Source: Eubacteriales bacterium
GTDB lineage: Bacteria > Bacillota > Clostridia > Oscillospirales > CAG-272
Length of the DNA: 64,000 nt
Assembly (NCBI GenBank): GCA_045127235.1
Contig: JBGVPY010000079.1
Span: forward strand, 4,471-68,470
Direction of reading: 5' to 3'
Shown here piece by piece: positions 35,756 through 44,672 of this stretch. The notes under the pieces were generated by a model. That model saw nothing but the letters and a program-made list of their open reading frames with translations. It had not been told where the DNA came from and ran no database searches. A program made the translations under genes and the position numbers. Positions within the stretch are counted from its first letter, which is position 1. The number at the start of each line of letters is the position of its first letter.

Positions 35756-38392
35756 ATGAAAGAGTATTTAAAGTCCACTTCTGACGTTTTAAAAGAACAA
35801 AACTCAACCGATGACGGTCTTTCTGAGCTTGAGGCAAAATCCCGTTTAGAGAAAAACGGAAAAAATAAGCTCAAGGAAGGTAAAAAAGAATCATTAATTG
35901 TTAGATTTTTCAAGCAATTCGCTGAGCCTATGACAATTATTCTTTTAATTGCCGCTATAATTTCAGGTATTCTTGAAATTGTTGAAAACGCTTTTCCTGT
36001 TGATGCTGTAATAATTCTTGCCGTTGTAATGATTAACGCAACGCTAGGAGTATTTCAAGAGAGCAAAGCGGAAAAGGCGATTGAAGCATTACAGGAAATA
36101 TCGTCAGCTATGTCAAAGGTTATTCGCGACGGAAAACAAATTTTAGTAAGAAGCGAAGATTTAGTAGTTGGAGATATAATTGTGCTAGAGGCAGGAGATG
36201 CAGTTCCTGCTGATGCAAGAATTATTGAAAGTGCAAGCATGCAGGTAGAAGAAGCAGCACTGACAGGAGAAAGTGTTCCTGCCAATAAGCATACGGATGT
36301 ATTAACAGCCAATGCAAACGGCGACGTTCCACTTGGAGACCGTAAAAATATGGTGTTTATGGGAAGCACCGTTGTATATGGTAGAGGTAAAGCAGTTGTT
36401 GTCGCTACCGGTATGGATACTGAAATGGGCAAAATTGCCGATGCGCTTACTAATGCTCAAGAGGGTAAAACTCCTCTACAAATCAAGCTTACTCAGCTTA
36501 GCAAAATTTTAACTTACGTTGTTATTGGTATATCTGTCGTTATTTTTGCTGTTGAGCTTATAAAAATGAATGGAAATATTACATTTAACAGCTTAATTAG
36601 TCCATTTATGCTTGCTGTTTCTCTTGCTGTTGCAGCAATTCCTGAGGGACTTGCAACAGTTGTTACTATCGTTCTATCAATTGGTGTTACTAAAATGTCA
36701 GAGCGTAATGCTATTATAAGAAAGCTAACCGCTGTTGAAACTCTAGGTTGCGCTCAAATTATATGCTCTGATAAAACAGGAACTCTTACTCAAAACAAAA
36801 TGACCGTTGTTGAACATTATGCTGATGATGAAAAGCTTTTAGCGAATGCTATGTCTCTTTGCTCAGACGCAGAGTTTGACATGGAAGCAAACGAAGCAAT
36901 CGGCGAACCAACTGAATGCGCGTTAGTTAATTATGCCGAAAAGATTGGAATGTCTAAAAAAATACAGAAGAACATTCTTGTTCGTATTGGCGAAATTCCA
37001 TTTGATTCTATGCGAAAGATGATGACTACCGTTCATAAAGAAAATGACGGTAAAATCACTCAGTTTACAAAAGGAGCTCCTGACGAAATAATTAAGCGTT
37101 GTACAAAGATATATGAAAATGGCGAAATTATTACTTTAAGCGATGAAAAACGCCAAGCGGCGCTTGATGTGAATAAAAATATGGCAGACAGAGCACTTCG
37201 TGTGCTTGCAGTTGGCATTAAAATTTTAGATGCAGAGCCAAGTGATTATACTTCTAATTCATTGGAAAAAGACCTTTGTTTTGTTGGCTTAGTGGGAATG
37301 ATTGACCCTGTAAGACCTGAGGTTAAGCCCGCTATTGATCAGTGCCGTTCTGCGGGTATTCGCCCAATTATGATTACAGGAGACCATAAGGATACTGCGG
37401 TTGCCATTGCTATGCAATTGGGAATTATTACTAGTGCTGACCAAGCGATAACAGGAAGTGAGCTTGACACAATTTCAGATGAAGAATTTGAAACAGCTGT
37501 TGAAAAGTATTCAGTATATGCGCGTGTTCAACCTGAACATAAAACAAGAATAGTTAAAGCGTGGCAAAAGAAGGGCAAAATTACTGCGATGACAGGCGAC
37601 GGCGTAAATGATGCTCCATCAATAAAAAATGCCGATATAGGCGTCGGCATGGGCATTACAGGCACGGACGTAACAAAGAACGTTGCTGATATGATATTAG
37701 CTGATGATAACTTTGCAACAATTGTATCTGCCGTAGGAGAAGGAAGAAGAATTTACGACAATATTAGAAAAGCAATTCAATTCTTGCTTGCATCTAACTT
37801 ATCTGAGGTATTTACAATATTTTTTGCAACTTTGTTATCTATTGGTACAGGTCATGTATTTGAAGCGGTTCATTTATTGTTCATTAACTTAATTACTGAC
37901 TGCTTACCTGCGATTGCATTGGGTATGGAAATGCCTGAAAAGGATATAATGCAAAGATCTCCAAGAGATCCAAAGGAAAGTGTTTTTGCAGGTGGACTTG
38001 GATTTGGTGTTATTTATCAAGGCGTTTTAGTTGCTTTACTTACATTGTGTTCTTACGCTCTTGGTTATTACGTTTTATCAGAAAAGAGCGGAATATTTGC
38101 TACTACTATGGCGTTTATGACGCTTTCTATGGCAGAAGTATTTCATGCTTTCAATATGCGTTCTCTTAAAAATTCAATTTTCACTATTAAAAATCAAAAC
38201 AAAATGCTTTGGTTAGCCGGCGGTGTTTCATTTGTACTTTCAACAGTTTTAGTTTTAGTAAAGCCACTTGCTAATGTATTCTCATTAACAACATTGAATT
38301 TAGTTCAATACGCTATTTCTATTGGAATAGCATTCTTGGTAATTCCTATTGTTGAGATTGTAAAGCTGATTAAGAGAAGTATAGCTAAATAA
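35756..38392 (+). CDS. P-type cation-transporting ATPase (P2A, Ca2+/Mn2+, YoaB-like)
   Basis: LTGES, AIPEGL, CSDKTGTLT, KGAPD, MITGDH, TGDGVNDAP. Confidence 0.93.
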   Translation: MKEYLKSTSDVLKEQNSTDDGLSELEAKSRLEKNGKNKLKEGKKESLIVRFFKQFAEPMTIILLIAAIISGILEIVENAFPVDAVIILAVVMINATLGVFQESKAEKAIEALQEISSAMSKVIRDGKQILVRSEDLVVGDIIVLEAGDAVPADARIIESASMQVEEAALTGESVPANKHTDVLTANANGDVPLGDRKNMVFMGSTVVYGRGKAVVVATGMDTEMGKIADALTNAQEGKTPLQIKLTQLSKILTYVVIGISVVIFAVELIKMNGNITFNSLISPFMLAVSLAVAAIPEGLATVVTIVLSIGVTKMSERNAIIRKLTAVETLGCAQIICSDKTGTLTQNKMTVVEHYADDEKLLANAMSLCSDAEFDMEANEAIGEPTECALVNYAEKIGMSKKIQKNILVRIGEIPFDSMRKMMTTVHKENDGKITQFTKGAPDEIIKRCTKIYENGEIITLSDEKRQAALDVNKNMADRALRVLAVGIKILDAEPSDYTSNSLEKDLCFVGLVGMIDPVRPEVKPAIDQCRSAGIRPIMITGDHKDTAVAIAMQLGIITSADQAITGSELDTISDEEFETAVEKYSVYARVQPEHKTRIVKAWQKKGKITAMTGDGVNDAPSIKNADIGVGMGITGTDVTKNVADMILADDNFATIVSAVGEGRRIYDNIRKAIQFLLASNLSEVFTIFFATLLSIGTGHVFEAVHLLFINLITDCLPAIALGMEMPEKDIMQRSPRDPKESVFAGGLGFGVIYQGVLVALLTLCSYALGYYVLSEKSGIFATTMAFMTLSMAEVFHAFNMRSLKNSIFTIKNQNKMLWLAGGVSFVLSTVLVLVKPLANVFSLTTLNLVQYAISIGIAFLVIPIVEIVKLIKRSIAK

Positions 38393-38398
38393 TTTTTT

Positions 38399-38424
38399 GA
38401 AAAGCCAACGTTTGTTGGCTTTTC
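38399..38424 (+). terminator. Intrinsic terminator
   Basis: GAAAAGCCAAC-GTTT-GTTGGCTTTTC. Confidence 0.75.
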
Positions 38425-38477
38425 TTGTATAATTTCATGTAAAACATCAATAATAAATAAAAAGTGAGGTGTTTTAT

Positions 38478-38909
38478 ATGAATGAAGATACAATAAACTT
38501 GTTAAGAGAATGTAATTCCGGAATAAAAATGGGCATTGAATCTATAAATAACGTAATGCCATACGTAAAAAGTGACGAGTTAAGAAGCGTTTTAGACGCG
38601 TGTAAGGATAAGCACGCTGTTTTAGGCGATGAAACTCACAAGGCTTTGATAAACGCCGATGAAAGCACTAAAAATGCACATCCTGTTGCACAGGTAATGT
38701 CTGATATGAAAATTAGAGCAACTATAACACTTAAAAAGTCGGATAATACCGTTGCTGACGTTATGACAGACGGTTGTAATATGGGAATAAAATCTATATA
38801 CAAGTATTTAAATCAATATAGCGGTGCAGATGACAAATCAAAGTCAATAGCCAATAGATTAATATCAGCAGAGCAAGAGCTTCGCACAGATTTAAGAAGC
38901 TATTTGTAA
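38478..38909 (+). CDS. Conserved clostridial ferritin-like helical protein (possibly spore-associated)
   Basis: LLRECNSGIKMG, KH..LG, ADVMTDGCNMGI..YLNQY; SD GAGGTG favours ATG at 38478. Confidence 0.55.
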   Translation: MNEDTINLLRECNSGIKMGIESINNVMPYVKSDELRSVLDACKDKHAVLGDETHKALINADESTKNAHPVAQVMSDMKIRATITLKKSDNTVADVMTDGCNMGIKSIYKYLNQYSGADDKSKSIANRLISAEQELRTDLRSYL

Positions 38910-38914
38910 TTTTT

Positions 38915-38945
38915 TAGCCAGCGTTTTAAAATGCTGGCTATTTCT
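38915..38945 (+). terminator. Intrinsic terminator
   Basis: TAGCCAGCGTTTT/AAAATGCTGGCTA. Confidence 0.65.
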
Positions 38946-39007
38946 ATTTGACAAACTAACAAAAAAGTTGTATAATAATGTGGAAAGCATACATAATAGG
39001 AGATAAT

Positions 39008-40186
39008 ATGAAAAAAAGAATCGTTCTAATATCATTAGCGCTAATATTGATTATTTCTATGTCATCTTTAATTTCATGTGATAATAGCGGATATGAAGAT
39101 ACCGATATTTATCCAAACTTGGGATACACCAACATAGATACTAACAAAAATTCAGATTCTATAATAAATAGTGATAATGTGTCAAACGGTACAATAGTGG
39201 CTCCGGATAACGGAAGTGATGGTTCTGACATAACTATAGATTCAAACACAGATATTGATACTGATACCAATAACGATGTTAATACAGGTATTGATACAGA
39301 TAGTGATATAATAGTTAATCCACACTATGTAACGATTGCATTTAATACTGACGGTGGAAATATAATAGATGACGTAACCGTTGAATTAGGAAAAAACTAT
39401 ATTCTTGCAGTGTCTGAAAAATACGGATATGAATTTTCAGGTTGGTATTTTAATGATCAAAAGATTGAACAAAGTGGGATTTGGACAATATCTCAGGAGA
39501 GCGTTGAATTGACTGCTAAATGGGAAATTGCAAACTATAAAATTCAATACGATTTTAATGGCGGAAGTAAAGGAAACGGAAACTTCCCAGCAAGCTATAA
39601 AATGTCTGACGAAGCTTTCCAAATAGGAACACCAAAAAGAGAAGGTAATTATAAATTTATTGGTTGGCAATCTAATGATGAAATTTTTTATAACTATAAA
39701 GTAGAAAAGGGAACAACAGGAAATATTTCCGTAAAGGCTATATGGTATGAATATGAATATACGCACCAAGACCAAAAGGGTTATCAGTATTTTTTAAAGG
39801 ACGATAACACTCTTAGTGTTGTTGGATATGTTGGAGTAATATCCAATCTTTCTATACCGTCAGCTTATGAAAACTATGCAGTTACTGAAATTGGTCCGTA
39901 TGCGTTTTGTGGATATGGCGATAAAATAGCAAATATACAAAGCTCAAATTTTGTAAGGTGCGATATACCTGACTCAATAACCAAAATTTCAATAGGCGCA
40001 TTTTTAGGATGTGATGATTTAAAGCCTCAGCTTACAGGACAAGGTAGCCTAACAACATCACAATGGAACGAAAAATTGGAAAATTGGATTACTAATTTAG
40101 AAATCGAAGAAAAGAATGACCATGTTATAGACGTAATTAAGGGAGATCGCCCCGCAATAGGATGGAAAAAGTATTGGAAGCCATAA
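39008..40186 (+). CDS. Lipoprotein with InlB B-repeat (Listeria-Bacteroides repeat) domains and LRR_5-like segment
   Basis: Lipobox-like LISC; D/T linker; repeats FNTDGG..KYGYEFSGWY..LTAKW and YDFNGG..GNYKFIGW..VKAIW; VTEIGPYAF, IPDSITKISIGAF. Confidence 0.75.
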   Translation: MKKRIVLISLALILIISMSSLISCDNSGYEDTDIYPNLGYTNIDTNKNSDSIINSDNVSNGTIVAPDNGSDGSDITIDSNTDIDTDTNNDVNTGIDTDSDIIVNPHYVTIAFNTDGGNIIDDVTVELGKNYILAVSEKYGYEFSGWYFNDQKIEQSGIWTISQESVELTAKWEIANYKIQYDFNGGSKGNGNFPASYKMSDEAFQIGTPKREGNYKFIGWQSNDEIFYNYKVEKGTTGNISVKAIWYEYEYTHQDQKGYQYFLKDDNTLSVVGYVGVISNLSIPSAYENYAVTEIGPYAFCGYGDKIANIQSSNFVRCDIPDSITKISIGAFLGCDDLKPQLTGQGSLTTSQWNEKLENWITNLEIEEKNDHVIDVIKGDRPAIGWKKYWKP

Positions 40187-40239
40187 ATAAAAAGAACTTC
40201 ATAAAGGCTCCTTCTCATAAGGAAGTTTAATTTCTCCTT

Positions 40240-40266
40240 GTAGGGACAGGCGTCCTCGACTGTCCG
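40240..40266 (+). repeat. GTAG-type REP-like hairpin
   Basis: GTAG followed by GGACAG..CTGTCC palindrome. Confidence 0.6.
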
Positions 40267-40294
40267 CAAAGGTATAAATGCAACGCAGAAGACA

Positions 40295-40332
40295 AAGATA
40301 ACCCCGACAGATTAATCTGTCGGGGTTATCTT
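40295..40332. terminator. Perfect 38-bp palindrome at the 3' end of the pepE-like gene
   Basis: AAGATAACCCCGACAGATT / AATCTGTCGGGGTTATCTT. Confidence 0.6.
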
Positions 40333-40915
40333 ATATTTCAAAAACAATAAAATCTTGATCTCGAAGCTTAATAATATTTTGTTCTCCTGCCTCGATTAAA
40401 GCCATATAGTCTTGTTCTCTCAAGTCTGAATAATGACATATTAAAATTCCGTCAAATAAACATAATCCGGAAAAATCCGTTAAGCCATATGTGTCAACAT
40501 CATATTTTGCTACATGTTGAATAGAGCGAGAAGCAATATGTGCACCGGCACTACCGCCGATATACATTGCTCCGCGAGACAAGCAATCAAGTATCACCTT
40601 TTCTGCTCTTGATTCTTTAATCCTTTTCAAGGTTCCAAAAGTATTTCCTCCGCTAATGTATATAACATCTATATGAGTATTTGCATCAAATTCAGCAGGG
40701 GAAAAATAATTGAAAATATATATGTTTTCTTTGGAAAAACCAAATTCAGAAAGGCGTTGGTAGAATTTTATGCTTTTTATTGCTTCTTCTGTGGCTTTTT
40801 CGTTTGGGAAGTACAATACCTTGCATTGACCAACCGGATGCGGCAAATTGTCGTATATGTATTTAGCTGATTCGCCGTTTCTAAAATCGCATGATGATAA
40901 TATAATTTTTGACAT
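40331..40915 (-). CDS. Peptidase E / S51-family protein (class I glutamine amidotransferase-like fold)
   Basis: IYISGGNTF, YIGGSAGA (nucleophilic Ser), ICHY; SD AGGAG. Confidence 0.8.
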   Translation of the reverse strand: MSKIILSSCDFRNGESAKYIYDNLPHPVGQCKVLYFPNEKATEEAIKSIKFYQRLSEFGFSKENIYIFNYFSPAEFDANTHIDVIYISGGNTFGTLKRIKESRAEKVILDCLSRGAMYIGGSAGAHIASRSIQHVAKYDVDTYGLTDFSGLCLFDGILICHYSDLREQDYMALIEAGEQNIIKLRDQDFIVFEI

Positions 40916-40986
40916 TGGTATATAACTCCTTTATCGCTAGTTTCGCCTTTGTAATACAAAGGCACAGGGCAAAGCCCATACCCCTT

Positions 40987-41061
40987 GTAGGGCGGTGCCT
41001 TGGTGCCGCCGTTGCCTAAAGCAAAATTTTTCATTGCGGCGGGAGCAAGCCCCCGCCATAC
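40987..41061. repeat. Inverted pair of GTAG-type REP-like hairpins (REPIN/BIME-like doublet)
   Basis: Plus 40987-41010 GTAG-GGCGGTGCC-TT-GGTGCCGCC; minus 41061-41038 GTAT-GGCGGGGGC-TT-GCTCCCGCC. Confidence 0.65.
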
Positions 41062-41122
41062 GATATAATCCCATTATAACACAAATCGGCAGAGGATACA
41101 ATATCTCTGCCGAAATTTGTTT

Positions 41123-41150
41123 GTAGGGGCGATTCACGAATCGCCCCTAC
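41123..41150. repeat. GTAG-type REP-like palindrome
   Basis: GTAGGGGCGATTC-AC-GAATCGCCCCTAC, perfect 13-bp arms. Confidence 0.75.
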
Positions 41151-41199
41151 GAGTAAACATCCTTATGAGAACCAGCCGAATGAAGTTCTTTTTATTTTT

Positions 41200-44100
41200 T
41201 TAGATTTTTTCAACGGATAAAGTAACCTTTTCGCCGTTAATATCCCATTCCTTGGAATTTTGACCGTTTGCACCATAAACAGTTTTATCGCCAAGTACTA
41301 TTGCTGAAATAGCAGCTTCGTTAGCTTTTACGTAGCTAGCGATCTTATCGTTACCATTTACATATACGATAATATGGTCGGTTACGTCAAAGCCTGAATC
41401 CTTACGCATAGTTTGAAGCTTGCTAACAACCTCATTTACGTAGCCCTCTTCGAGAAGCTCTTCGGTAAGATTGCAATTAAGAGCTACAGTGCCGTATTTA
41501 TCGGAAACGGAGAAGTAGCCTTCCTTTTGCTTAATGTCAATCAATAAATCTTCTTCGGTAAGAATTATTTCTGTTCCGTTAACTTCAAATTTAATAGCAC
41601 CGCTTGTGTCAAGCTCATTCTTTGCATTGTTTCCGTCAAGCTCAGAAAGGATAGTTCTAATTTGACCTAAGAATTTGCCGTATTTAGGACCAACTGTCTT
41701 TAATTGAGGCTTGAATGAATATGAAGAGAATGCAGACATATCGTCAACGAATTCAACTTTTTTGATGTTTAATTCGTCTTCAATGATTTCTGTGCAATAT
41801 TCAGGAAGAGATTTTTTAGCCTTAACGTACATTGTTGCAAGTGGTTGACGATTCTTAAGTGAAGCACCATTACGAGCAGCACGACCCATAACAACGATGT
41901 TAAGAAGCTCATCCATGTTTTCTTCAAGCTCTTTATCAATGGCGTTTTCATCAACCTCAGGGAATGAGCACAAGTGAATGCTTTCAGGCTCATCCTTGTA
42001 AATATTGCAAACAAGATTTCTATAAATATCCTCAGCCATAAATGGAATCATAGGTGCGCTTGCCTTAGCGATTGTAACTAAAGCAGTATAAAGAGTCATA
42101 TAAGCACTAATCTTATCATCTGTTAAGCCTTGTACCCAATATCTTTCACGACCTCTGCGTACATACCAGTTTGAAAGCTCATCAACAAAGCTATCAAGTG
42201 CTTTAGCGGCTTCTGGAATTTTGTAGTTTTCTAAGCATGAGTCAACCTCTTTAACAGTTGAGTTCATTCTTGATAGTAACCATTTATCCATTACTGAAAG
42301 CTTACAATCCTTAAGTGAGTACTTGCTTGGATCAAATTTATCAATATTTGCATAGAGAACGTAGAATGCATATGTGTTCCAAAGCGTTCCCATGAACTTT
42401 CTTTGACCTTCTACAACTGCTTTGCCGTGGAAACGGTTTGGAAGCCAAGGAGCAGAGTTGGTGTAGAAGTACCATCTAATTGCGTCAGCACCATAAGATT
42501 CAAGAGCTTCAAATGGGTCAACTGCATTTCCTTTTGATTTTGACATTTTTTGTCCATTTTCATCCTGTACGTGTCCTAAAACAATTACGTTCTTATAAGG
42601 AGCTTTATCAAAAATCAAAGTTGAAATAGCAAGAAGCGAGTAGAACCAACCTCTTGTTTGGTCAACAGCCTCAGAAATAAAGTCAGCAGGGAATTGTGCG
42701 TCAAATAACTCTTTATTTTCAAATGGATAGTGATGTTGAGCAAATGGCATAGCGCCTGAGTCAAACCAACAGTCAATAACCTCAGGAACGCGCTTCATTT
42801 GTCCGCCACATTTTTCACATTTAATAGTTACATTATCAACAAAAGGTTTGTGAAGCTCAATGTTGTCAGGACAGTTATCAGACATAGACTTCAATTCTTC
42901 AATTGAACCGATTGAATGTCTGTGTCCGCATTCACATTCCCAAATATTTAAAGGAGTACCCCAATATCTGTTACGGCTAATACCCCAGTCTTGAACGTTT
43001 GCAATCCAAGAACCGAAACGACCCTTACCAATTGAGTCAGGAATCCAGTTGATTGTATTGTTGTTCTTGATTAAGTTATCGCGAACAGCGCTCATTTTGA
43101 TGAACCAAGACTCTCTTGCATAGTAGATAAGCGGAGAATCGCATCTCCAACAGAATGGATAGTCATGCTCAAATTTTGGAGCGTCAAACAACTTGCCCTC
43201 TGCATCTAAATCCTTTAAAATAATAGGATCTGCCTTCTTAACAAATAATCCAGCATATGGTGTGTCTTGTGTCATTTCGCCCTTAGCGTTTACAAATTGA
43301 ACGAATGGAAGATCATAGTTTCTGCCTACACGGGAGTCATCCTCACCAAATGCAGGAGCAATATGAACTATACCTGTACCGTCTTCCATGGTAACGTAGC
43401 TATCGCACGTTACAAAATGCGCCTTTTTGTTTTGCTTCTTTGCGCTTTCGCCTGCGCAAGCAAATAATGGCTCATATTCTTTATATTCAAGGTCTTTGCC
43501 TTTGTATGTTTCTATGATTTCGTAAGCGTTTTGACCGTCTTCCTTAGCTAAAGAGGATAAAACCTTATCAAGAAGCGCTTTAGCCATGTAATAGGTGTAT
43601 CCGTCAGCTGCATTTACCTTGCAGTATTCTTCATCAGGATTTACACAAAGTGCTACGTTTGAAGGAAGTGTCCATGGAGTTGTTGTCCAAACTAAGAAAT
43701 ATGCATCTTCATTTGCAATCTTGAATCTTGCAATAGCAGAACGCTCTTTTACAGTTTTGTATCCTTGAGCAACCTCGTGTGATGAAAGAGGAGTACCGCA
43801 ACGAGGGCAGTAAGGAACAATTTTAAATCCCTTATAGAGAAGTCCTTTATCCCAAATTTGCTTTAATGCCCACCATTCAGATTCAATAAAGTTATTGCTG
43901 TAAGTAACGTATGGATTATCCATATCTGCCCAGAAGCCAACAGTAGAAGAAAAGTCCTCCCACATTCCTTTGTACTTCCAAACGCTTTCCTTACATTTAG
44001 CGATAAATGGTTCAAGACCGTATTCTTCGATTTGTTCTTTGCCATCGAGTCCAAGTAGCTTTTCAACTTCAAGCTCTACAGGAAGACCGTGAGTGTCCCA

Positions 44101-44352
44101 ACCGGCTTTTCTGGGAACCATATATCCCTTCATGGTTCTGTATCTTGGAATCATATCCTTGATTACACGTGTTAATACGTGTCCGATGTGTGGTTTACCG
44201 TTTGCTGTTGGTGGACCATCATAGAAGGTGTATGATGGACAGTTTTCACGCATTTTGATGCTCTTTTCGAAAATAGCGTTATCCTTCCAAAATTGTTCGG
44301 TTGATTTTTCTCTTTCAACAAAGTTTAAATTAGTAGAAACCTTATCGTACAT
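41200..44352 (-). CDS. ileS: Isoleucine--tRNA ligase (type 2-like)
   Basis: DGPPTANGKPHIGH, GWDTHGLP, WTTTPWTLPSN, EAVDQTRGWF, KMSKS. Confidence 0.96.
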   Translation of the reverse strand: MYDKVSTNLNFVEREKSTEQFWKDNAIFEKSIKMRENCPSYTFYDGPPTANGKPHIGHVLTRVIKDMIPRYRTMKGYMVPRKAGWDTHGLPVELEVEKLLGLDGKEQIEEYGLEPFIAKCKESVWKYKGMWEDFSSTVGFWADMDNPYVTYSNNFIESEWWALKQIWDKGLLYKGFKIVPYCPRCGTPLSSHEVAQGYKTVKERSAIARFKIANEDAYFLVWTTTPWTLPSNVALCVNPDEEYCKVNAADGYTYYMAKALLDKVLSSLAKEDGQNAYEIIETYKGKDLEYKEYEPLFACAGESAKKQNKKAHFVTCDSYVTMEDGTGIVHIAPAFGEDDSRVGRNYDLPFVQFVNAKGEMTQDTPYAGLFVKKADPIILKDLDAEGKLFDAPKFEHDYPFCWRCDSPLIYYARESWFIKMSAVRDNLIKNNNTINWIPDSIGKGRFGSWIANVQDWGISRNRYWGTPLNIWECECGHRHSIGSIEELKSMSDNCPDNIELHKPFVDNVTIKCEKCGGQMKRVPEVIDCWFDSGAMPFAQHHYPFENKELFDAQFPADFISEAVDQTRGWFYSLLAISTLIFDKAPYKNVIVLGHVQDENGQKMSKSKGNAVDPFEALESYGADAIRWYFYTNSAPWLPNRFHGKAVVEGQRKFMGTLWNTYAFYVLYANIDKFDPSKYSLKDCKLSVMDKWLLSRMNSTVKEVDSCLENYKIPEAAKALDSFVDELSNWYVRRGRERYWVQGLTDDKISAYMTLYTALVTIAKASAPMIPFMAEDIYRNLVCNIYKDEPESIHLCSFPEVDENAIDKELEENMDELLNIVVMGRAARNGASLKNRQPLATMYVKAKKSLPEYCTEIIEDELNIKKVEFVDDMSAFSSYSFKPQLKTVGPKYGKFLGQIRTILSELDGNNAKNELDTSGAIKFEVNGTEIILTEEDLLIDIKQKEGYFSVSDKYGTVALNCNLTEELLEEGYVNEVVSKLQTMRKDSGFDVTDHIIVYVNGNDKIASYVKANEAAISAIVLGDKTVYGANGQNSKEWDINGEKVTLSVEKI

Positions 44353-44381
44353 TTTAAAACCCTTTCTCTTGTAAATTTAGT

Positions 44382-44612
44382 AAAATGAAAATCCCTTCCT
44401 GCAGGTATGCGCAAGAAGGGATAAAGCTAACTTATCACTTTTCAACATACATGACAATATGCGTCTCTTGTAACGGAGAGAACCCGTCAACGATTACTTA
44501 TTTCACCGCGAAGCTCAGGAGTGATATTCACGTATTGACTAGTTGCATCGGTCTTGCACCATCACCGACTCGCTTAGGCTTTCATCAATAGCTACTGTCT
44601 CCTTCGTAGCAT
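44382..44612 (-). promoter_or_regulatory. Ile-specific T-box leader (atypical 3' half) with terminator
   Basis: Stem I (GAAGGAG..CTCCTGAGC), AGCGAG box, GGTGCAA loop, specifier ATC at 44523-44525, AGTA and CCGTTA stem II motifs; terminator ATCCCTTCTTGC/GCAGGAAGGGAT plus T-tract (44382-44422). Confidence 0.8.
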
Positions 44613-44672
44613 TTAATATAAAATAATATGATACTGTTTAGATTTTAACACTAACTTAGATGTTTGTCAACA

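Larger units (their letters stand above)
40185..41197. mobile_element. Putative non-autonomous cassette bounded by ~45-bp imperfect inverted repeats
   Basis: Left 40185-40229 and right 41154-41197 are reverse complements with 18-bp and 12-bp perfect blocks; the interior holds pepE-like gene and REP-like hairpins; no TSD or transposase seen. Confidence 0.45.

Noticed and set aside
40959-40990. c-di-GMP-I riboswitch (GCACAGGGCAAA resemblance)
   Set aside because: The GNRA-capped P2 and downstream GACGCAAAG elements are missing; the stretch fits the REP-like hairpin cluster better.
40777-41137. ORFs 40777-41034 and 40937-41137 as transposase remnants
   Set aside because: They are read-throughs of GC-rich palindromes with no HUH/Y1 or DDE motifs.
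40240-41150. CRISPR array
   Set aside because: The hairpins differ in sequence, spacing is irregular and there are no cas genes. No CRISPR array was found anywhere in the window.
44385-44591. 68-aa ORF upstream of ileS
   Set aside because: It is antisense to the T-box leader, has no SD and gives no recognisable protein.
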